Positions 62,150 to 64,000 of a DNA stretch of 64,000 nt are shown here, one piece after another; the first letter of the stretch is position 1, and the number at the start of each line of letters is the position of its first letter. The position numbers and the translations under genes are program-made. Source of the stretch: Eukaryota sp. GEM-RC1 (lineage: Eukaryota); NCBI GenBank assembly GCA_040285855.1, contig JAUFOQ010000010.1:310001-374000 (forward strand). The letters are read 5' to 3'. The notes beneath the pieces were generated by a model. It ran no database searches. It was given only the letters and a program-made list of their open reading frames with translations, and was not told where the DNA came from.

Positions 62150-62768
62150 TTGTAATCTTTCTGATGACGATTGTTTCATATTGATCAGTGCACTTCACAA
62201 CAATAATTTAAAAAAATTGGATCTCAGTCGCAATTCGTTTGGTCTCAACCGTCTTTTATCCATTTATGAGTTGGTTTCAACAAACAAATTTCCACCCACT
62301 GTTGAAGTGGATCCTCATTCTGTTGATGATGAAAATGATCTATTCTCATTTTCCCCAAAAAAGTTGACTCATTTTACTACAGAAGATGTCTCAGTTCTAC
62401 GCCGTTTTTTAGGTTCATCTATAATCAGAGATCTTTCTCTTAATAATTGTAGATTTACTGATGAAGCATTCACTAGATTTTGTGAAGCTGTCAGACTCAA
62501 TCACATGGCGTTGTATTCTATTGACCTCAGTCACTGTGCACTCACAGACGACAACGTCTCCCAATTTGTTAGATTATTGCAGTTCACTTCAAATCTTAGT
62601 GTTATTGATCTTAGTAGCAATTCAATTTGTAATGAAGGTGCCATTGTATTGGCTGAAATGTTAAAGGTAAATACAAATATCACTAGTATTTACCTTCGGC
62701 GAAACTCTATTGATACTGAAACCCAACTCTTCATCCAAAAAGTTTCAAATGGTCGTATAAGATGTTAA
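62150..62768 (+). pseudogene. C-terminal fragment of a composite-repeat LRR gene
   Basis: YELVSTNKF..VEVDPHSVD...FSFSP, LNNCRFTDEA, LSSNSICNEGAIVLAEMLKVN, SNGRIRC end as in the 14759 gene; lacks its own N-terminus. Confidence 0.7.
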
Positions 62769-63049
62769 CTTAAATCTTATGACATTTTCGTAAATTTATT
62801 AGTACACATAATAATACTTTACCGTAAATTCTGTTTTTTCACAAAAATCTGTTCACACATACGATTTGTTAAATTTTGATTTTTCAACACACAAAGGGAA
62901 CCTGATGTGTTATAAGTCCTATGAAAGTAATTCTTGGTAAATATTCAAATGTGTTGTGTTGGAGTAAAATATCTGCAGTTCCGTTTTCCCGACATCATTA
63001 CTGTAAAACAAAAGAATTAAACTCATTACCGCTCCTGTGATTTATTAAC

Positions 63050-63873
63050 CTTCTTTAAAACAGTAATTTTAAAACTCAATTTTATCACATAGTTCAATGC
63101 ATTTGTTGACCATTGATGACCATTATCATTTACTCAATATTGGTCAATATCTTATTATTTACAAAATCGAAACATAAATTAAGATTGGAATTCACTTTTA
63201 GATGTCGTAGTAACACTGAGTGATAACTGAAAATTCGTCGCATTTGATGAAATGTCCAATCTTTTCCGGATTAACATGTATCAATGTAATAAAGTGGTGG
63301 TGTTTGTGAGACGGCGATTGTTAATCGACATTGTGTTAGTTTCACATAAAAAACACATCACAACTAACAACAATCAGTGTTGATCTAATTCTTTATAGTA
63401 ACTTCCAAAATAGTACGAACAAATCTTGATGATAAGCAAAGACGAATTGAATGTATAAACGAAAACCAAGAATTGACGAAATTCACAGATATGGATATAC
63501 AACAGGATAAAGAAATTAGTGAAAGATCTTGATGATATGTCCGAATCATAATTTACCAACAATCTACACCACACTGTGAAATAAACAGGACACAAACCTA
63601 GTTCGACAGAATCATGGATTATTCGGAATCAATTCAATTGGTGTTTGATCACATTCAGTACATATACCAATTTTTCAACTTTTGTCATTTTACAAGAATT
63701 GCGTCAGAATCTACAGCACATTTACAGCACTGATCCTACATGGCAAATCTTTTGGTATGAATAGTAAACTATTTCAATCAATCCAATTTCAAAACAACTA
63801 TTATACATCCCAAAACAAAATACGCGTTGAAAGCAAAATAAAATTGGATTTGTTCAAAATGATTTGAAAATGT
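63050..63873 (+). repeat. Dispersed diverged duplication, copy 2 (copy 1 at ~33730-34545)
   Basis: Direct sequence match to 33730-34545 with substitutions and indels. Confidence 0.85.
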
Positions 63874-64000
63874 AATTATAAATTGTCTGATAACTCTGAA
63901 ACAATGTCAAAAACTGACAAATCGAAATTTAATTTATGAACGAAACACTATGAAAATGACTACAAAATCAGATGTTAGACTCTGTAATAAACATTCTGAT

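Noticed and set aside
1..64000. Assigning the organism to a specific protist lineage
   Set aside because: AT-richness, lack of obvious introns and the element content indicate a microbial eukaryote, but no marker gene is present to support a taxon.

Overview
AT-rich, apparently intron-poor eukaryotic (protist-like) DNA. It is an accessory, repeat-rich region with no housekeeping, rRNA or tRNA genes and no CRISPR array. The first ~43 kb contain the 3' half of a Ty3/Gypsy element, many 5'-truncated and nested RLE-type (CRE-like) non-LTR retrotransposon fragments from at least 3-4 families, and two hAT-like MITEs with 8-bp TSDs. They also hold a family of large RNI-like LRR genes built from an unusual composite repeat (many frameshifts look like homopolymer indels) and a fragmented Fanzor1/TnpB-like gene bracketed by two degenerate PolB-exonuclease-like domains. 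The standout is 43.9-61.2 kb: one complete RING/B-box/B-box/coiled-coil (TRIM-like) gene ending in 28-aa LRRs, followed by eight tandem 5'-truncated copies that keep only the linker and LRR part. The nine units hold 76 near-identical 84-bp LRR modules (5,6,4,6,13,9,12,4,17 per unit) that vary almost only at the predicted exposed beta-strand codons and are shuffled between units. This is a candidate cassette-based diversifying intracellular receptor/E3 ligase, conceptually like lamprey VLRs. Plain unequal crossover is the null model and cannot be excluded from sequence alone. All assignments come from reading motifs by eye; no database searches were run.
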